Shown: positions 1-10,749 of the stretch, piece after piece
Position numbering within the stretch: position 1 is the first letter of the stretch
How the letters are laid out: every line of letters begins with the position of its first letter
Source of the DNA: an uncultured Thermodesulfobacteriota bacterium
GTDB lineage: Bacteria; Desulfobacterota; WTBG01; CAIYCZ01; CAIRTM01
Length of the DNA stretch: 64,000 bases
Direction of reading: 5' to 3'
Assembly: GCA_964387595.1 (NCBI GenBank)
Contig: CAYLYF010000001.1
Coordinates: forward strand, 18,747 to 82,746
Notes under the pieces: model-generated
Told to the model about the DNA's origin: nothing
Seen by the model: the letters and a program-made list of their open reading frames with translations, nothing else
The model's database searches: none
Made by a program: the position numbers and the translations under genes

Positions 1-51
1 GAAGCAGGACTGTCACCTGAAAAAACCAGAGAGTTTGTATTAAGGGTCTAA
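1..51 (+). CDS. 3' end of an upstream CDS (partial; frame 1 ends with TAA at 49-51); possibly another V-ATPase subunit
   Basis: Open frame from the window edge to a stop 4 bp before the subunit F start. Too short to identify. Frame 2 also ends at 41-43, so the frame itself is uncertain. Confidence 0.25.
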   Translation, partial: EAGLSPEKTREFVLRV

Positions 52-54
52 ATT

Positions 55-366
55 ATGGAAGTTGTTGTTATCGGAGAAAAAAATACAATTACAGGGTTCA
101 GCCTGGCAGGGGTAAAAAGAACATATCTGCCGGATGACGGAAAAGAAAATTTAAAAAGCATGTTGTCGGAAGACGGACTTGGGGTTCTGATTCTAACCGA
201 ACGGTTTGCAGAAGATAACCGGAAAGCCATCGAAGATCATCAGTCGTCAAAAAGAGTGACCCCGATAATTGTTGAGGTGCCTGATGTTGCCGGTCCGATT
301 GAAAGGGAAGTTGATCCCATTAGAGAACTCATCCGCCGAGCCATTGGCGCTGATGTCAGTAAATAA
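55..366 (+). CDS. ntpF: V-type ATP synthase subunit F
   Basis: 103 aa, MEVVVIGEKNTITGFSLAGV... typical subunit F. Sits directly upstream of the A/B/D subunits. Confidence 0.8.
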   Translation: MEVVVIGEKNTITGFSLAGVKRTYLPDDGKENLKSMLSEDGLGVLILTERFAEDNRKAIEDHQSSKRVTPIIVEVPDVAGPIEREVDPIRELIRRAIGADVSK

Positions 367-454
367 AAGATAAGGTGCGACCGGCTGTTTTAATGTTTCG
401 CATTTAAAGTACAGACTAAATAAGTTTTATTCATTTTAAAGGGAGGAACTAAAA

Positions 455-2218
455 TTGCCCGAATATAAAGAAGGAATCATAAAGAGTATAGCAGGTCCTT
501 TGGTCATTGGTAAGGGGATGAAGGGCTGTGAAATGTATGAAGTTGTCCGTATCGGTAAGGAGGGTCTTATGGGTGAGACCATTCGGCTGGACGGTGACGA
601 GGCATATATTCAGTCATACGAAGATACCTCAGGTCTTAAGCCGGGTGAAAAGATCGTCCGTACCGGAGAGCCGCTGTGTGTTGAACTGGGTCCCGGTATC
701 ATTAAAAACTTTTATGATGGTATTCAGAGACCGCTTCTTAGAATAAAAGAGCAGTCCGGTGATTATATTGCCAGAGGAATAGATGTCCCGGGCCTTGATT
801 ATGAGAAAAAATGGGAATTTACCCCAACGGTTGAAGCCGGTGCAGAAGTTGAGGGCGGCGATATTATCGGTACAGTACCTGAAAGCCAGGTTGTTTCACA
901 TAAGATCATGATCCCGCCCACTTTGAGCGGTAAGATAAAAGACATAAAAAAGGGTTCTTTTACCGTAAAAGATACGATCGCAATTATTGAAAAAGACGGC
1001 AAAGAAACACCTGTGACCATGCTTCAGAAGTGGCCGGTGCGTATGGACAGGCCCTATAAGAAAAAAATCGATCCCACCATACCGCTTCTCACCGGACAGC
1101 GGATATATGATACCTTCTTTCCCATGGCAAAGGGCGGAACAGCAGCTATTCCAGGCGGCTTTGGTACGGGTAAGACAGTAAGCCAGCAGCAGATCGCGCG
1201 CTGGTCCGATGCCCAGATCGTTGTTTACGTGGGCTGCGGAGAGCGCGGAAACGAGATGACCGAGGTTCTTGATACTTTTCCCGAGATCGATGATCCAAAG
1301 ACCGGGTTTAAGCTCATGGAACGTTCTACCCTGATCGCAAATACATCGAACATGCCTGTTGCAGCCCGCGAGGCATCTGTTTACACTGGTGTGACCATTG
1401 CTGAATATTACCGGGATATGGGCTATGATGTGGCAATGATGGCAGACTCCACTTCACGGTGGGCAGAGGCGCTGCGGGAAATATCCGGACGTCTTGAAGA
1501 AATGCCGGGTGAGGAAGGTTATCCCGCCTATCTGGCCACCCGTATCGCTAGTTTTTATGAGAGAGCCGGCCGGGTTGAGACGATTGGCAGTAAAGAACAG
1601 TTTGGCTCGGTTTCTGTAATCGGTGCGGTATCTCCTCCCGGAGGTGACCTTTCAGAGCCGGTTTCCCAGAATACACTCAGGGTGGTCAGTTCTTTCTGGG
1701 CACTTGATTCTTCGCTTGCGGACAGACGTCATTTTCCCGCGATCAACTGGCTCAGAAGTTATTCTCTAAACCTTGATTTTACCAAAAAATGGTATGATGA
1801 TGAGATTTCGCCGGAGTTCAGGAAATTAAGGGACAAGGCCATGATTATTCTGCAGGAAGAGTCTGAACTGGCGGAGATTGTTCAGCTGATCGGACCGGAC
1901 GCCCTTCCGGAGCGTGAACGGCTGACCCTGGAAATTGCCCGTATGGTGAGAGAGGATTATCTGCAGCAGCATGCTTTTCATAAGATGGATACCTTCTGTC
2001 CCATTGATAAACAGAACCGGATGCTCAACATTATCATGGATTTCTGTGCTCTTGCCAATCAGTCTCTTGATAAGGGGATTGCCATTGAGGCCATTGGCGG
2101 TCTGGCAATAAAAGATGAGATCTCGAACATGAAATATCTGGATAATAATACCTTTGCTGATGATTCAGGGAAGATTGCCGACAGAATGAAAGAACAATTC
2201 AATTCATTAGGAGAATAG
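455..2218 (+). CDS. ntpA: V-type ATP synthase catalytic subunit A
   Basis: 587 aa. P-loop GGFGTGKT. Strong A-subunit-like sequence throughout. GGAGG-like RBS upstream. Apparent TTG start. Confidence 0.95.
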   Translation: MPEYKEGIIKSIAGPLVIGKGMKGCEMYEVVRIGKEGLMGETIRLDGDEAYIQSYEDTSGLKPGEKIVRTGEPLCVELGPGIIKNFYDGIQRPLLRIKEQSGDYIARGIDVPGLDYEKKWEFTPTVEAGAEVEGGDIIGTVPESQVVSHKIMIPPTLSGKIKDIKKGSFTVKDTIAIIEKDGKETPVTMLQKWPVRMDRPYKKKIDPTIPLLTGQRIYDTFFPMAKGGTAAIPGGFGTGKTVSQQQIARWSDAQIVVYVGCGERGNEMTEVLDTFPEIDDPKTGFKLMERSTLIANTSNMPVAAREASVYTGVTIAEYYRDMGYDVAMMADSTSRWAEALREISGRLEEMPGEEGYPAYLATRIASFYERAGRVETIGSKEQFGSVSVIGAVSPPGGDLSEPVSQNTLRVVSSFWALDSSLADRRHFPAINWLRSYSLNLDFTKKWYDDEISPEFRKLRDKAMIILQEESELAEIVQLIGPDALPERERLTLEIARMVREDYLQQHAFHKMDTFCPIDKQNRMLNIIMDFCALANQSLDKGIAIEAIGGLAIKDEISNMKYLDNNTFADDSGKIADRMKEQFNSLGE

Positions 2219-2219
2219 A

Positions 2220-3614
2220 ATGAAAGCGGATATAAAAACTAGGGAATATAAGACGGTTAAGGAGGTTGCGGGTCCTCTTATGGTTGTTGAGGGCGTTGAG
2301 GATGTAGCCTTCGGAGAGGTGGTCAGGATCCGGACCGGAACAGGTGAGGAAAGAAACGGTCAGGTCCTTGAATCCAGAGAAGGTCTTTCGATCGTCCAGG
2401 TCTTTGAAGGTACCTCGGGGATTGATACAAAAAACACATCGGTTCGTTTTACCGGTGACACCATGAAACTTGCCGTGTCAAAGGATATGGTGGGACGTTT
2501 CTTTGACGGCCTGGGAAGACCGATTGACGACGGACCTGAAATAATTTCAGATGTAAAACTGGATATTAACGGAGCACCCATCAATCCCACAGCCCGGGCA
2601 TTTCCGGATGAATTTATTCAGACCGGTGTGTCAACTATTGACGGAATGAACACGCTGGTGCGCGGACAGAAACTCCCGATTTTTTCCGGCGCTGGAATGA
2701 CCCATAATGAACTGGCGGCACAGATCGCACGGCAGGCAAAAGTGCTGGGCTCTGAAGAGCCTTTCTCAGTTGTTTTTGCTGCAATGGGAATTACCAGCGA
2801 TGAAGCAAATTTTTTCATCCGTGATTTTGAGCGTACCGGTGCCATGGAGCAGATCGTTGCATTTATCAACCTGGCAAATGACCCTGCGATTGAAAGGATC
2901 ATCACCCCGCGTATTGCTCTTACCACTGCTGAATACCTGGCCTTTGAATGCGATATGCATGTTCTGGTTATCTTAACAGATATGACCAACTACTGTGAAG
3001 CGCTGCGTGAGATCGCGGCCGCCCGTGAAGAGGTTCCGGGAAGGCGCGGTTATCCCGGATACATGTATACGGATCTTGCTATGAATTATGAACGTGCAGG
3101 ACGTATCCGAGGACGCAAGGGATCCATTACTCAGGTGCCGATTCTGACCATGCCTGATGATGATATCACCCATCCGATCCCTGACCTTACCGGGTATATT
3201 ACTGAGGGGCAGTTCGTGCTTTCGCGTGATCTGCACCGCAGGGGTATCTATCCGCCGGTTGATGTTTTGCCTTCCCTTTCAAGGCTGATGAACCAGGGGA
3301 TTGGCGAGGAAAGAACCCGGGAGGACCATTCGGCTGTTTCCGACCAGTGCTATGCAGCTTATGCAGAAGGCCGGGATGTGCGTAACCTGGTGGCTGTTGT
3401 GGGTGAAGAAGCACTGACAGAGAGAGACAAGAAATTTCTTGAGTTTGCCGATGCTTTTGAAAATGAATTCGTTGTTCAGGACAGGGATACCAACCGTTCG
3501 ATCGAAGAGACCCTTGATCTGGGCTGGAAACTCCTGACCATCCTTAATGAAGGAGATCTTAAACGGATCGATAACGATCTTATTCAGAAGTACCACCCGA
3601 AGTACAGGAAATAA
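2220..3614 (+). CDS. ntpB: V-type ATP synthase subunit B
   Basis: 464 aa. Non-catalytic B-subunit motifs. Starts 2 bp after ntpA. Confidence 0.95.
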   Translation: MKADIKTREYKTVKEVAGPLMVVEGVEDVAFGEVVRIRTGTGEERNGQVLESREGLSIVQVFEGTSGIDTKNTSVRFTGDTMKLAVSKDMVGRFFDGLGRPIDDGPEIISDVKLDINGAPINPTARAFPDEFIQTGVSTIDGMNTLVRGQKLPIFSGAGMTHNELAAQIARQAKVLGSEEPFSVVFAAMGITSDEANFFIRDFERTGAMEQIVAFINLANDPAIERIITPRIALTTAEYLAFECDMHVLVILTDMTNYCEALREIAAAREEVPGRRGYPGYMYTDLAMNYERAGRIRGRKGSITQVPILTMPDDDITHPIPDLTGYITEGQFVLSRDLHRRGIYPPVDVLPSLSRLMNQGIGEERTREDHSAVSDQCYAAYAEGRDVRNLVAVVGEEALTERDKKFLEFADAFENEFVVQDRDTNRSIEETLDLGWKLLTILNEGDLKRIDNDLIQKYHPKYRK

Positions 3615-3663
3615 GTTCATAAAGTACTCTAAGTACTATTTAGTTTTTTGGAGACAATGATTT

Positions 3664-4320
3664 ATGGCAGACATTATTGATGGTGTTAAACCTACCCGAA
3701 TGGAGCTTTTGCAGCTCAAAAAAAGAAAAGTTCTGGCAGAACGCGGACATAAGCTTTTAAAAGAGAAGCGGGATGCGCTGATATCAGAGTTTCTAAGTAT
3801 TGCAGGTAATGTAAAGAACGTCAGGCAGGAGGCGGAGGAACAGCTTACCCGGGCCTATCAGGATCTTCTTGCCGCTCAGTCCATAATGGGGTCTGGATCA
3901 GTAAAGGAAGCTTCTCTTAATTCTGAACAGGACATACAGGTTGAAATGAATGCCAGAAATGTCATGGGGGTAACCGTACCTCTGGTTGAGATCGGAAAAG
4001 TCGAAAGAACCATGATCAGAAGAGGATATGGTTTTGCGGATACGTCAGCAATGCTGGATGATGCAAGTAAAAAAATGGAGATTGCACTGTCAAAAATAAT
4101 TAAACTGGCAGAGATAGAGGAAACGGTCAGAAAGCTTGCACTTGAAGTGGAAAAGACAAAAAGGCGTGTTAATGCGCTTGAATATATAGTCATGCCCAGG
4201 CTGACGGCTACGGTTAAGTATATCCGTATGAGACTTGACGAGATGGAGCGTGAAAGCTTTATCCGCCTTAAAAAGATCAAGGCTGTACTTGATTCCCGGG
4301 ATAAGGCGGGGGCTGCTTAA
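3664..4320 (+). CDS. ntpD: V-type ATP synthase subunit D
   Basis: 218 aa coiled-coil protein, MELLQLKKRKVLAERGHKLLKEKRDAL, typical subunit D. Confidence 0.9.
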   Translation: MADIIDGVKPTRMELLQLKKRKVLAERGHKLLKEKRDALISEFLSIAGNVKNVRQEAEEQLTRAYQDLLAAQSIMGSGSVKEASLNSEQDIQVEMNARNVMGVTVPLVEIGKVERTMIRRGYGFADTSAMLDDASKKMEIALSKIIKLAEIEETVRKLALEVEKTKRRVNALEYIVMPRLTATVKYIRMRLDEMERESFIRLKKIKAVLDSRDKAGAA

Positions 4321-4540
4321 AAAGTGCGAAACCGTCTTTTGTATGATTACCATGCAAAAAAGAACAGGCAGGATGAAAATAAAAATTTCAGACTGTTTGT
4401 TTTGTCCCAGATCATAAGTTACGGCGCTCTGTTTTTACTTTTTCTGGGCGGGCTTGTTCTGGTCATAATTGCCGTTAGAGCACTGGTTTAATATTATTTA
4501 ACTAGAAGAGGGGGCTTGATCCTGAACCATAAATATTGAT

Positions 4541-4570
4541 GACTTTGTGAAAAGTTTATCCGGTTTTTTT
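4541..4570. repeat. intergenic motif copy 1 (TGAC-N-TGAAAAGTTTATCCGG-Tn)
   Basis: Exact 16-mer TGAAAAGTTTATCCGG at 4548-4563, repeated at 5223-5238. Confidence 0.5.
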
Positions 4571-4644
4571 GGCATCTGTTTATCATGTCAAATTTTGGTA
4601 AAAGGGTGTAAAGGTTAGTAAACCTAAAAAAAGAGGATTCAGCC

Positions 4645-5073
4645 ATGTCTTTACCCATATCCCACCTTATGAGGCCGGGAGCCTCGTTCAGCGAAGAAAA
4701 TACCTCTCTTAGAAAAGTCTCTGAAAAAATTCTTCAGGAAAATGTCGGATCGATAATCGTTAATCGCGGAGAAGAAAGTGTCGGTATTATTACATCCAAT
4801 GATCTGTTAAGGGCTGTACTGAATGGGTTTGATTTTGATGCTGCAAAGGCGGCTGAGATCATGTCTCAGCCGCTTGAGACATTTGATATGGAAAAGGATC
4901 TGGATGAGGCCTTAAAGAAATTTGAAGAGACCGGGCGTTCACGTCTTGTGATATTTAAGGATGGTAAAGTGGTCGGCATTTTAAAAAAGACCATAGCCGA
5001 ACGGTTTAAAGGTGTTTCCGGCGCATTTAAATTTTCCGCAAAGACACGTTCCCTTCCTTACCGGAGAGGTTAA
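4645..5073 (+). CDS. CBS domain-containing protein
   Basis: 142 aa with a CBS-pair-like pattern (IIVNRGEESVGIITSNDLLRAV...). Confidence 0.55.
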   Translation: MSLPISHLMRPGASFSEENTSLRKVSEKILQENVGSIIVNRGEESVGIITSNDLLRAVLNGFDFDAAKAAEIMSQPLETFDMEKDLDEALKKFEETGRSRLVIFKDGKVVGILKKTIAERFKGVSGAFKFSAKTRSLPYRRG

Positions 5074-5213
5074 GGCTGCAGCCAAAGTTATAACGTGTTT
5101 GCTGAAAAACCTTGCATTCCCCCCCATAAAGTATGTTATCATAATGGCACATATTCGATAAGGTTCGTTTAAAGCAGTTTAGGCGGGTCTTATGAGCCAT
5201 AAACATAATCGTG

Positions 5214-5245
5214 ACGATTTTCTGAAAAGTTTATCCGGATCCTTT
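5214..5245. repeat. intergenic motif copy 2 (TGAC-N-TGAAAAGTTTATCCGG-Tn)
   Basis: Same 16-mer plus similar flanks (upstream TGAC, downstream T-run). Confidence 0.5.
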
Positions 5246-5467
5246 TTATACCGGGACAGGGTCTGCCGCATTAAATCGCACCTCAAGTCATTTTTTAAAT
5301 GATCGGAAATTTAGAGCAGCGTACAGCTAAGTCTGCCTCCTTTCTACAGGGGTGTGTCGTTTTAAAGATGCACGCAAAATCTTTTCACAAAACCGTTTGA
5401 TCCCAAATTTTACAAGAGGACCTCTAATTAGAATTCCAGAATTATTCTGGTCAGGATTGGTAAACTC

Positions 5468-6250
5468 GTGATTATAATAAAGAGCAAACAGGAAATAATA
5501 AAGCTTCGGAAGGCAAACCGGATTGTAGGAGAAACGCTTCAGGAGCTTAAAAAGCATGTTGCTGAGGGAATATCAACTCTGGAACTTGACCGGATAGCCG
5601 AAAGTTATATCCGGTCAAAAGGCGGAGAACCCGCATTTAAGGGGTATGCAGGATTTCCGGCGACGCTTTGTGTGTCTGTAAATGATGAAGTCGTTCACGG
5701 TATTCCCGGGCCCAAAAAATTAAAAAATGGTGATATTGTAAGCTTAGATGTGGGGACACGGATAAAGGGTTTTTATGGCGATGCGGCAATAACTGTCGGC
5801 GTGGGTCAGATAAGCCCGGAAGCAGAAAAACTCATGAAAGTTACAAAAGAATCGCTTTATGCCGCCATCAAAAAGATGAGGGTCGGCAGAAGGCTTTCTG
5901 ATGTATCTGTCGCAGTGCAGAAACATGTTGAGGCCAACGGTTTTAGTGTGGTGAGGGATTTCGTGGGACATGGTATTGGTATGGATCTGCATGAAGACCC
6001 TCAGATCCCCAATTTTCATTCTCCCCAGTCTCATAATCCAAGGCTTAAAGAGGGAATGGTCTTCGCGATCGAACCTATGGTTAATCAGGGATTGTATGAT
6101 GTTAAAGTATTGTCGGACGGATGGACGGCAGTTACCCGGGACGGTAAACCTTCAGCTCATTTTGAACATACCGTGGCAGTGACATCCGGTGATCCGTGGA
6201 TATTAAGTGACCCTGATATGAAAAATGATTCTTATATACAGGCAGGATAG
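5468..6250 (+). CDS. map: type I methionine aminopeptidase
   Basis: 260 aa. Conserved Map metal-binding residues and overall pattern (DIVSLDVG, FVGHGIG, HFEHTV). Confidence 0.9.
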   Translation: MIIIKSKQEIIKLRKANRIVGETLQELKKHVAEGISTLELDRIAESYIRSKGGEPAFKGYAGFPATLCVSVNDEVVHGIPGPKKLKNGDIVSLDVGTRIKGFYGDAAITVGVGQISPEAEKLMKVTKESLYAAIKKMRVGRRLSDVSVAVQKHVEANGFSVVRDFVGHGIGMDLHEDPQIPNFHSPQSHNPRLKEGMVFAIEPMVNQGLYDVKVLSDGWTAVTRDGKPSAHFEHTVAVTSGDPWILSDPDMKNDSYIQAG

Positions 6251-6253
6251 ATT

Positions 6254-6757
6254 ATGGCTTTAATGGAGGTTTTACACTTTCCGCATCCGGTTCTCAGAAA
6301 AAAATGCGATAAGGTTGAGGCGGTTGATGAAGAAATAAAAAAAATTGCCGCTGATATGGCTGAAACAATGTATGCTGAAAAAGGTATTGGCCTTGCCGCG
6401 CCGCAGGTCGGGATAACAAAGCGGATCATTGTCGTTGATGTTGATGATGCGCTGATAACGCTTGTAAATCCTGAAATTAAGGTTTCAGGAGAAAAAGAAA
6501 AAATGGAGGAGGGCTGTCTTTGTCTTCCCAAAGTGTCTGTTGAGGTTGAAAGACTTACCCGTGTTCATATGGAAGGAATGGGGATAGCGGGTGAAAAAAT
6601 ATCAATTGATGCTGAAGATCTTCTTGCGAGGGCTTTTCAGCATGAGGTCGATCACTTAAACGGGATGCTGATAATTGATCACCTGTCCAAGGTGAAAAGA
6701 GATATGGTCGTTAAGAAGTTTAGAAAACTTCAGCTTAAGGAAAAAGAGGAAGAGTAA
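6254..6757 (+). CDS. def: peptide deformylase
   Basis: 167 aa. Motifs GIGLAAPQVG, EGCLS, HEVDHLNG. Confidence 0.9.
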   Translation: MALMEVLHFPHPVLRKKCDKVEAVDEEIKKIAADMAETMYAEKGIGLAAPQVGITKRIIVVDVDDALITLVNPEIKVSGEKEKMEEGCLCLPKVSVEVERLTRVHMEGMGIAGEKISIDAEDLLARAFQHEVDHLNGMLIIDHLSKVKRDMVVKKFRKLQLKEKEEE

Positions 6758-6835
6758 CTGCGCAAGATGCATAGGGCAGAGCGCATAGCAAAACCTTAAA
6801 TCAGTAATGTTTTATACTATGTCCTGTGTTCTCGA

Positions 6836-7648
6836 TTATGACTCTTCTGTTTTCCATTTTTGAAGCCGGCCTTTAATGAATTCAACCACCTTCTGGTGCT
6901 CCTCTTTGCCTGAGCCTTTAACTTCAAAAGGTTCTCCAAATTCAAAAAATATTTTTTTGGAAAGATCCAGCGGCCCGAAATCTTTGATTATTTTTCCGCT
7001 TGTCCAGAAATCGGTTTTTAAGGCCAGGGGAACAACAGGCACCTTGTTCCTTTTTGCCAGTTTGATGCCCAGGGAGTTGAAATTATCCGGGTTAAAGATT
7101 GTGTCCCGGGTGGACTGCGGAAAAATGATCACAGACTGTCCGCTTTGAATTTTTAAAGAGCCTTTCTGCATTACCTGCTTAAAGTCTTCAGAGGGACTTT
7201 TTCGGGTCACCCCTATGCATCCGGTGCTTTTTGTGTAGGGGCCGAAAAAAGGGATTTTAAAAAGCTGTTCTTTTATGACAAATATTGCATATCTGAAAGG
7301 CAGGACAAGAAAAGGAAGTATTACGGTCTCCAGGGTGCTCATGTGGTTACCGATGATGACCACAGGAGTATCTACCGCTTTTAATTTTTCCAGTCCCCTG
7401 ATGTTGAAAATTCCGCCGCAGTCTTCAATAAAGTTAAACATTGCAAGAGAGGAATTATACCAGTCTTCTCTTGACAGCCTGTTTGCGCGTGCTTTCGGCC
7501 ATGAATGGAAGACCACAAGTAGAAATCTGATTACATAATAGATGCGTGATCTGAAAAGCAGCCGGTGCAGAAGTTTTTCTTTTCCCGGTGCTGTTTGGTA
7601 GCGGTCTTTTTTAAGAAGGGGGTGTTTCATCTTCTTTTTTTGTCCCAC
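6836..7648 (-). CDS. lysophospholipid (1-acyl-sn-glycerol-3-phosphate) acyltransferase family protein
   Basis: 270 aa. IIGNHMSTLE (NHxxxxD/E-like acyltransferase motif) and a PlsC-like layout. The real start is probably an internal Met (MKHPLL). Confidence 0.6.
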   Translation of the reverse strand: MGQKKKMKHPLLKKDRYQTAPGKEKLLHRLLFRSRIYYVIRFLLVVFHSWPKARANRLSREDWYNSSLAMFNFIEDCGGIFNIRGLEKLKAVDTPVVIIGNHMSTLETVILPFLVLPFRYAIFVIKEQLFKIPFFGPYTKSTGCIGVTRKSPSEDFKQVMQKGSLKIQSGQSVIIFPQSTRDTIFNPDNFNSLGIKLAKRNKVPVVPLALKTDFWTSGKIIKDFGPLDLSKKIFFEFGEPFEVKGSGKEEHQKVVEFIKGRLQKWKTEES

Positions 7649-10600
7649 CAGCCGCCAAGGTCGTCAACAATGATCGCATATACTGATGGAAGGATAAAAA
7701 GGGTTAAAAGTGTTGCAAAGGCAAGACCCCAAAACAGCGTGTTGGCCATGGGCGCCCATATCTTTGATTTGCCGCCAAGCCCGATTGCCAGAGGCAGGAT
7801 GCCGAACATGGTGGTGACAGAGGTTAGGATAATAGGCCTTAATCTTAAACGCCCGGACTGGATGATTGATTGCCATCGGCCGACATTGTTTTTCCTGGCA
7901 TTGTTTATAAAGCTGATCATAACGATAGCATCGTTAACCGCAATTCCTGCCAGGCCGATAAATCCATACATCACAACAATGGAAAAGGGGTCGTTTGTTA
8001 TGATCAGTGACATGATTGCTCCGATGAACGCAAAAGGAACAGTCAGCAGAATAATAAAAGGCTGGGTATAGGACTTGAACTGTGCGCCGAGAATTATATA
8101 TATCAGAAAAAGGCTTAAGGCAAAAAGCTTGTAAAGGGAGGAAAAAGCCTCGTTCATTTCTCTGAACGCCCCTTCGAATCTGAGCCGGTACCCCGGATAT
8201 TTTCCAATTATATCCCGGGTTATTTCTTTTATCGTGGTGTTTACTTTTACGGTGGAATTGACCTGTTTGTCGATGCTTGCAGTTATTGCTGCAGCCCTGT
8301 CGAGTTTGTAGTGCTTGATCTTTGTATATCCCGGCTCGAATCTGATTTCGCCTACATTACTGAAAGGGATCAGCTGTCCCATGGGAGAAAGTATTTTAAG
8401 GTTATTGATGTCATCGATGTCTTTTATTTTTTCAGGATCGTATTTCACGATAACATCAATCTCTTCGTCACCTTCCCGGTACACAGTTGCAACAGTTCCT
8501 TCAAAAGCATTTCTTATGGTGGATGCTACCCTGAAAAGATCAAGGCCATAGATAGCCGCTTTATCTTCATCGACATAGATTTTCAGATCTTTTTTTCCGA
8601 AGGCAAGGTCATCTTTTATATCATAAATGCCCGGGATAAATGCTATGGCTGCCATGATCTCTTCGGATATTTTCTTAATGGTCTGAAGATACTTTCCCAC
8701 GACCTTGATCTCAACATCAGGCGAAACCGGAGGACCGGCGCGAAGCTTTTTAAAACCTATATTTTTGTAGCCGGGGATGTTCTGAAGATTTTTGCGGCAC
8801 ATCCTTATTATTTCATCTATTGAATGTTCGCGTTCTTTTGGTTCAACAAGGTCGATCATGATATGCCCGACAGCGGAGTTGAAAAGCCACGCTTCGTCAG
8901 TTATCAAAAGCCCGGTGTGGGTAACAAAAGATTTGACTTCATTCTTCGGCAGGGTAGATGCAAGCCTGCGCTCTATTTTTTCCATTACATTGTTGGTGGT
9001 CTCAAACTTGGATCCCTCTGTCAGTTCAACATTTACATTGAACTGCGAGATCTCATCCATGGTGTACATATCAACTTCAATAACCCGGAATAAAAGCAGA
9101 GAGCCTGCACCCAGAAAGAGCACAAATATTCCGCTGACAAAATAAAAGCGGTATCTTAAAACAAATTTTAACTGTCTGGAATAAATATCTTTAAGTCTGC
9201 TGATGATGCGTTTGCGAACTGCATTTTCTTTTTCTTTTTTACTCCAGTCTGCAATATGGCACGGCAGGATCAGAAAAGCTTCAAGAAGAGAGGCAACAAG
9301 TGCCAGACAGACAACGATCGGGACGACTCTTAAAAATTTCCCGATGATATCTGTCATCAGCATGAGCGGCAGAAAGGCCGCAATGGTTGTAAGACATGCT
9401 GTGAAAACGGGACCGATAACTTCTGTTGTGCCGGTGACAGCAGCTTCGTCCGGTTTCATGCCTTTATGAGAGTAGCGGTCACAGTTTTCGATGATGACAA
9501 TGGCATCATCAACAATTATACCGATGACCATCATCAGGGCAAAAAGGCTGCTTGTGTTAAGGCTTACTCCTGTTGCTTCCATCAGTATAAATGTTGACAT
9601 GATTGAAACAGGGATTCCTATGGCTGCAAAAAGCGCATTTCGCCATCCGATAAACAGGCATAAAAGGACTGCGACAAAAATAACGCCCATAAAGGCATTG
9701 GAGCCCAGTTTGTTTATGGAGTCACGGATCTGGATGGAGCTGTCATTTGTAATGATGATGTCACAGCCCGGGGGGAGGCGGTTTTTTTTGAAATCTTTAG
9801 AAAGTTCTTTTATCTGGTCAACAATTGCGATGGTGCTTCCCTTCTTCTTTTTTGAGATATTAAAGCTTATTCCGGGTTTTCTGTTGAAAAAGGAGAGGGT
9901 CCTTGTTTTCTTGAAAGTGTCTTTGATGTGGGCGACCTGACCGATCTTGACATGGTCTCCATTGGGGTCAGAACGCACGATAACATCCTCTATCTCGTTG
10001 GGGCTGTTATATTCACCGACTGTTCTTATGAGGTATTCAGAATTTCCGATCTCAAGCGTTCCGCCGGGCAGGTTGAAATTTGTGCCCTTAAGCGCAAGTG
10101 CAATCTGTTCAATTGAAAGTCCGTAACTGTAAAGCCGGTCTGATTCAACGTTTACCCATATCTCCCGGTCACGTGCACCGGTCAGTTCAAGTTTTCCGAT
10201 ATGATCCACTTCGAGCAGGAGGTCTTTGAATTCATCTGCAAGCTCCTTGAGCTCTTTCTCAGGAACATCCCCGGTGATGGTTACCTGCAGCGAAGGCAGA
10301 AACTCTCCTGTTTCAATGCTCACAATCCGGGTGTCTTCCGCTTCTTCAGGGAGATCATTGACTTCGTTTACAGCTGCCCGAAGGTCCTGGAGGATGATTT
10401 TAAAATCATCATCCGACATTTCATCGAAACGGACCAGAATGGCAGATTCACCCTCACCGGAAGTAGAGACAATGTAGTTGATGTTGTCAACATTCTTGAT
10501 TTTTTCTTCAATAGGGTTGGTTATGAGTTTTTCAATTTCTTCAGGAGCTGTTCCCGGATAGACCGTAAGGATGAGTGCAATGTTGAAGGTCAGGTCCGGA

Positions 10601-10710
10601 AGATATTCTCTGGGCAGCCGGCTGAGGGAAAAAAACCCCAGGATTAAGACCGTAATCATTATGGTGTTTACGGTTACCGGATTGTTAACTGAAATTCTGG
10701 CAAGTTTCAT
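7627..10710 (-). CDS. RND family efflux transporter permease (AcrB/HAE1-like)
   Basis: 1027 aa, 12-TMS RND architecture with two large periplasmic loops. Immediately downstream of a membrane fusion protein gene. Confidence 0.9.
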   Translation of the reverse strand: MKLARISVNNPVTVNTIMITVLILGFFSLSRLPREYLPDLTFNIALILTVYPGTAPEEIEKLITNPIEEKIKNVDNINYIVSTSGEGESAILVRFDEMSDDDFKIILQDLRAAVNEVNDLPEEAEDTRIVSIETGEFLPSLQVTITGDVPEKELKELADEFKDLLLEVDHIGKLELTGARDREIWVNVESDRLYSYGLSIEQIALALKGTNFNLPGGTLEIGNSEYLIRTVGEYNSPNEIEDVIVRSDPNGDHVKIGQVAHIKDTFKKTRTLSFFNRKPGISFNISKKKKGSTIAIVDQIKELSKDFKKNRLPPGCDIIITNDSSIQIRDSINKLGSNAFMGVIFVAVLLCLFIGWRNALFAAIGIPVSIMSTFILMEATGVSLNTSSLFALMMVIGIIVDDAIVIIENCDRYSHKGMKPDEAAVTGTTEVIGPVFTACLTTIAAFLPLMLMTDIIGKFLRVVPIVVCLALVASLLEAFLILPCHIADWSKKEKENAVRKRIISRLKDIYSRQLKFVLRYRFYFVSGIFVLFLGAGSLLLFRVIEVDMYTMDEISQFNVNVELTEGSKFETTNNVMEKIERRLASTLPKNEVKSFVTHTGLLITDEAWLFNSAVGHIMIDLVEPKEREHSIDEIIRMCRKNLQNIPGYKNIGFKKLRAGPPVSPDVEIKVVGKYLQTIKKISEEIMAAIAFIPGIYDIKDDLAFGKKDLKIYVDEDKAAIYGLDLFRVASTIRNAFEGTVATVYREGDEEIDVIVKYDPEKIKDIDDINNLKILSPMGQLIPFSNVGEIRFEPGYTKIKHYKLDRAAAITASIDKQVNSTVKVNTTIKEITRDIIGKYPGYRLRFEGAFREMNEAFSSLYKLFALSLFLIYIILGAQFKSYTQPFIILLTVPFAFIGAIMSLIITNDPFSIVVMYGFIGLAGIAVNDAIVMISFINNARKNNVGRWQSIIQSGRLRLRPIILTSVTTMFGILPLAIGLGGKSKIWAPMANTLFWGLAFATLLTLFILPSVYAIIVDDLGGWWDKKRR

Positions 10711-10749
10711 AAGCGGCTGAAGTATTTGCTGTGATGAAAAGACTTTTTA

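Noticed and set aside
528-3620. Multiple internal and antisense ORFs (60-134 aa) overlapping the ntpA/ntpB/ntpD genes
   Set aside because: Entirely contained within strongly supported conserved CDSs on either strand, with low-complexity translations.
4402-4491. 29-codon hydrophobic ORF (TTG…QIISYGALFLLFLGGLVLVIIAVRALV*) downstream of ntpD
   Set aside because: No ATG, no convincing RBS, and it overlaps another short ORF. A hydrophobic translation of AT/GT-rich DNA is easily spurious.
7664-10647. Antisense ORFs of 60-170 aa across the RND permease gene
   Set aside because: They overlap a well-supported 1027-aa RND transporter CDS and have no independent motif support.
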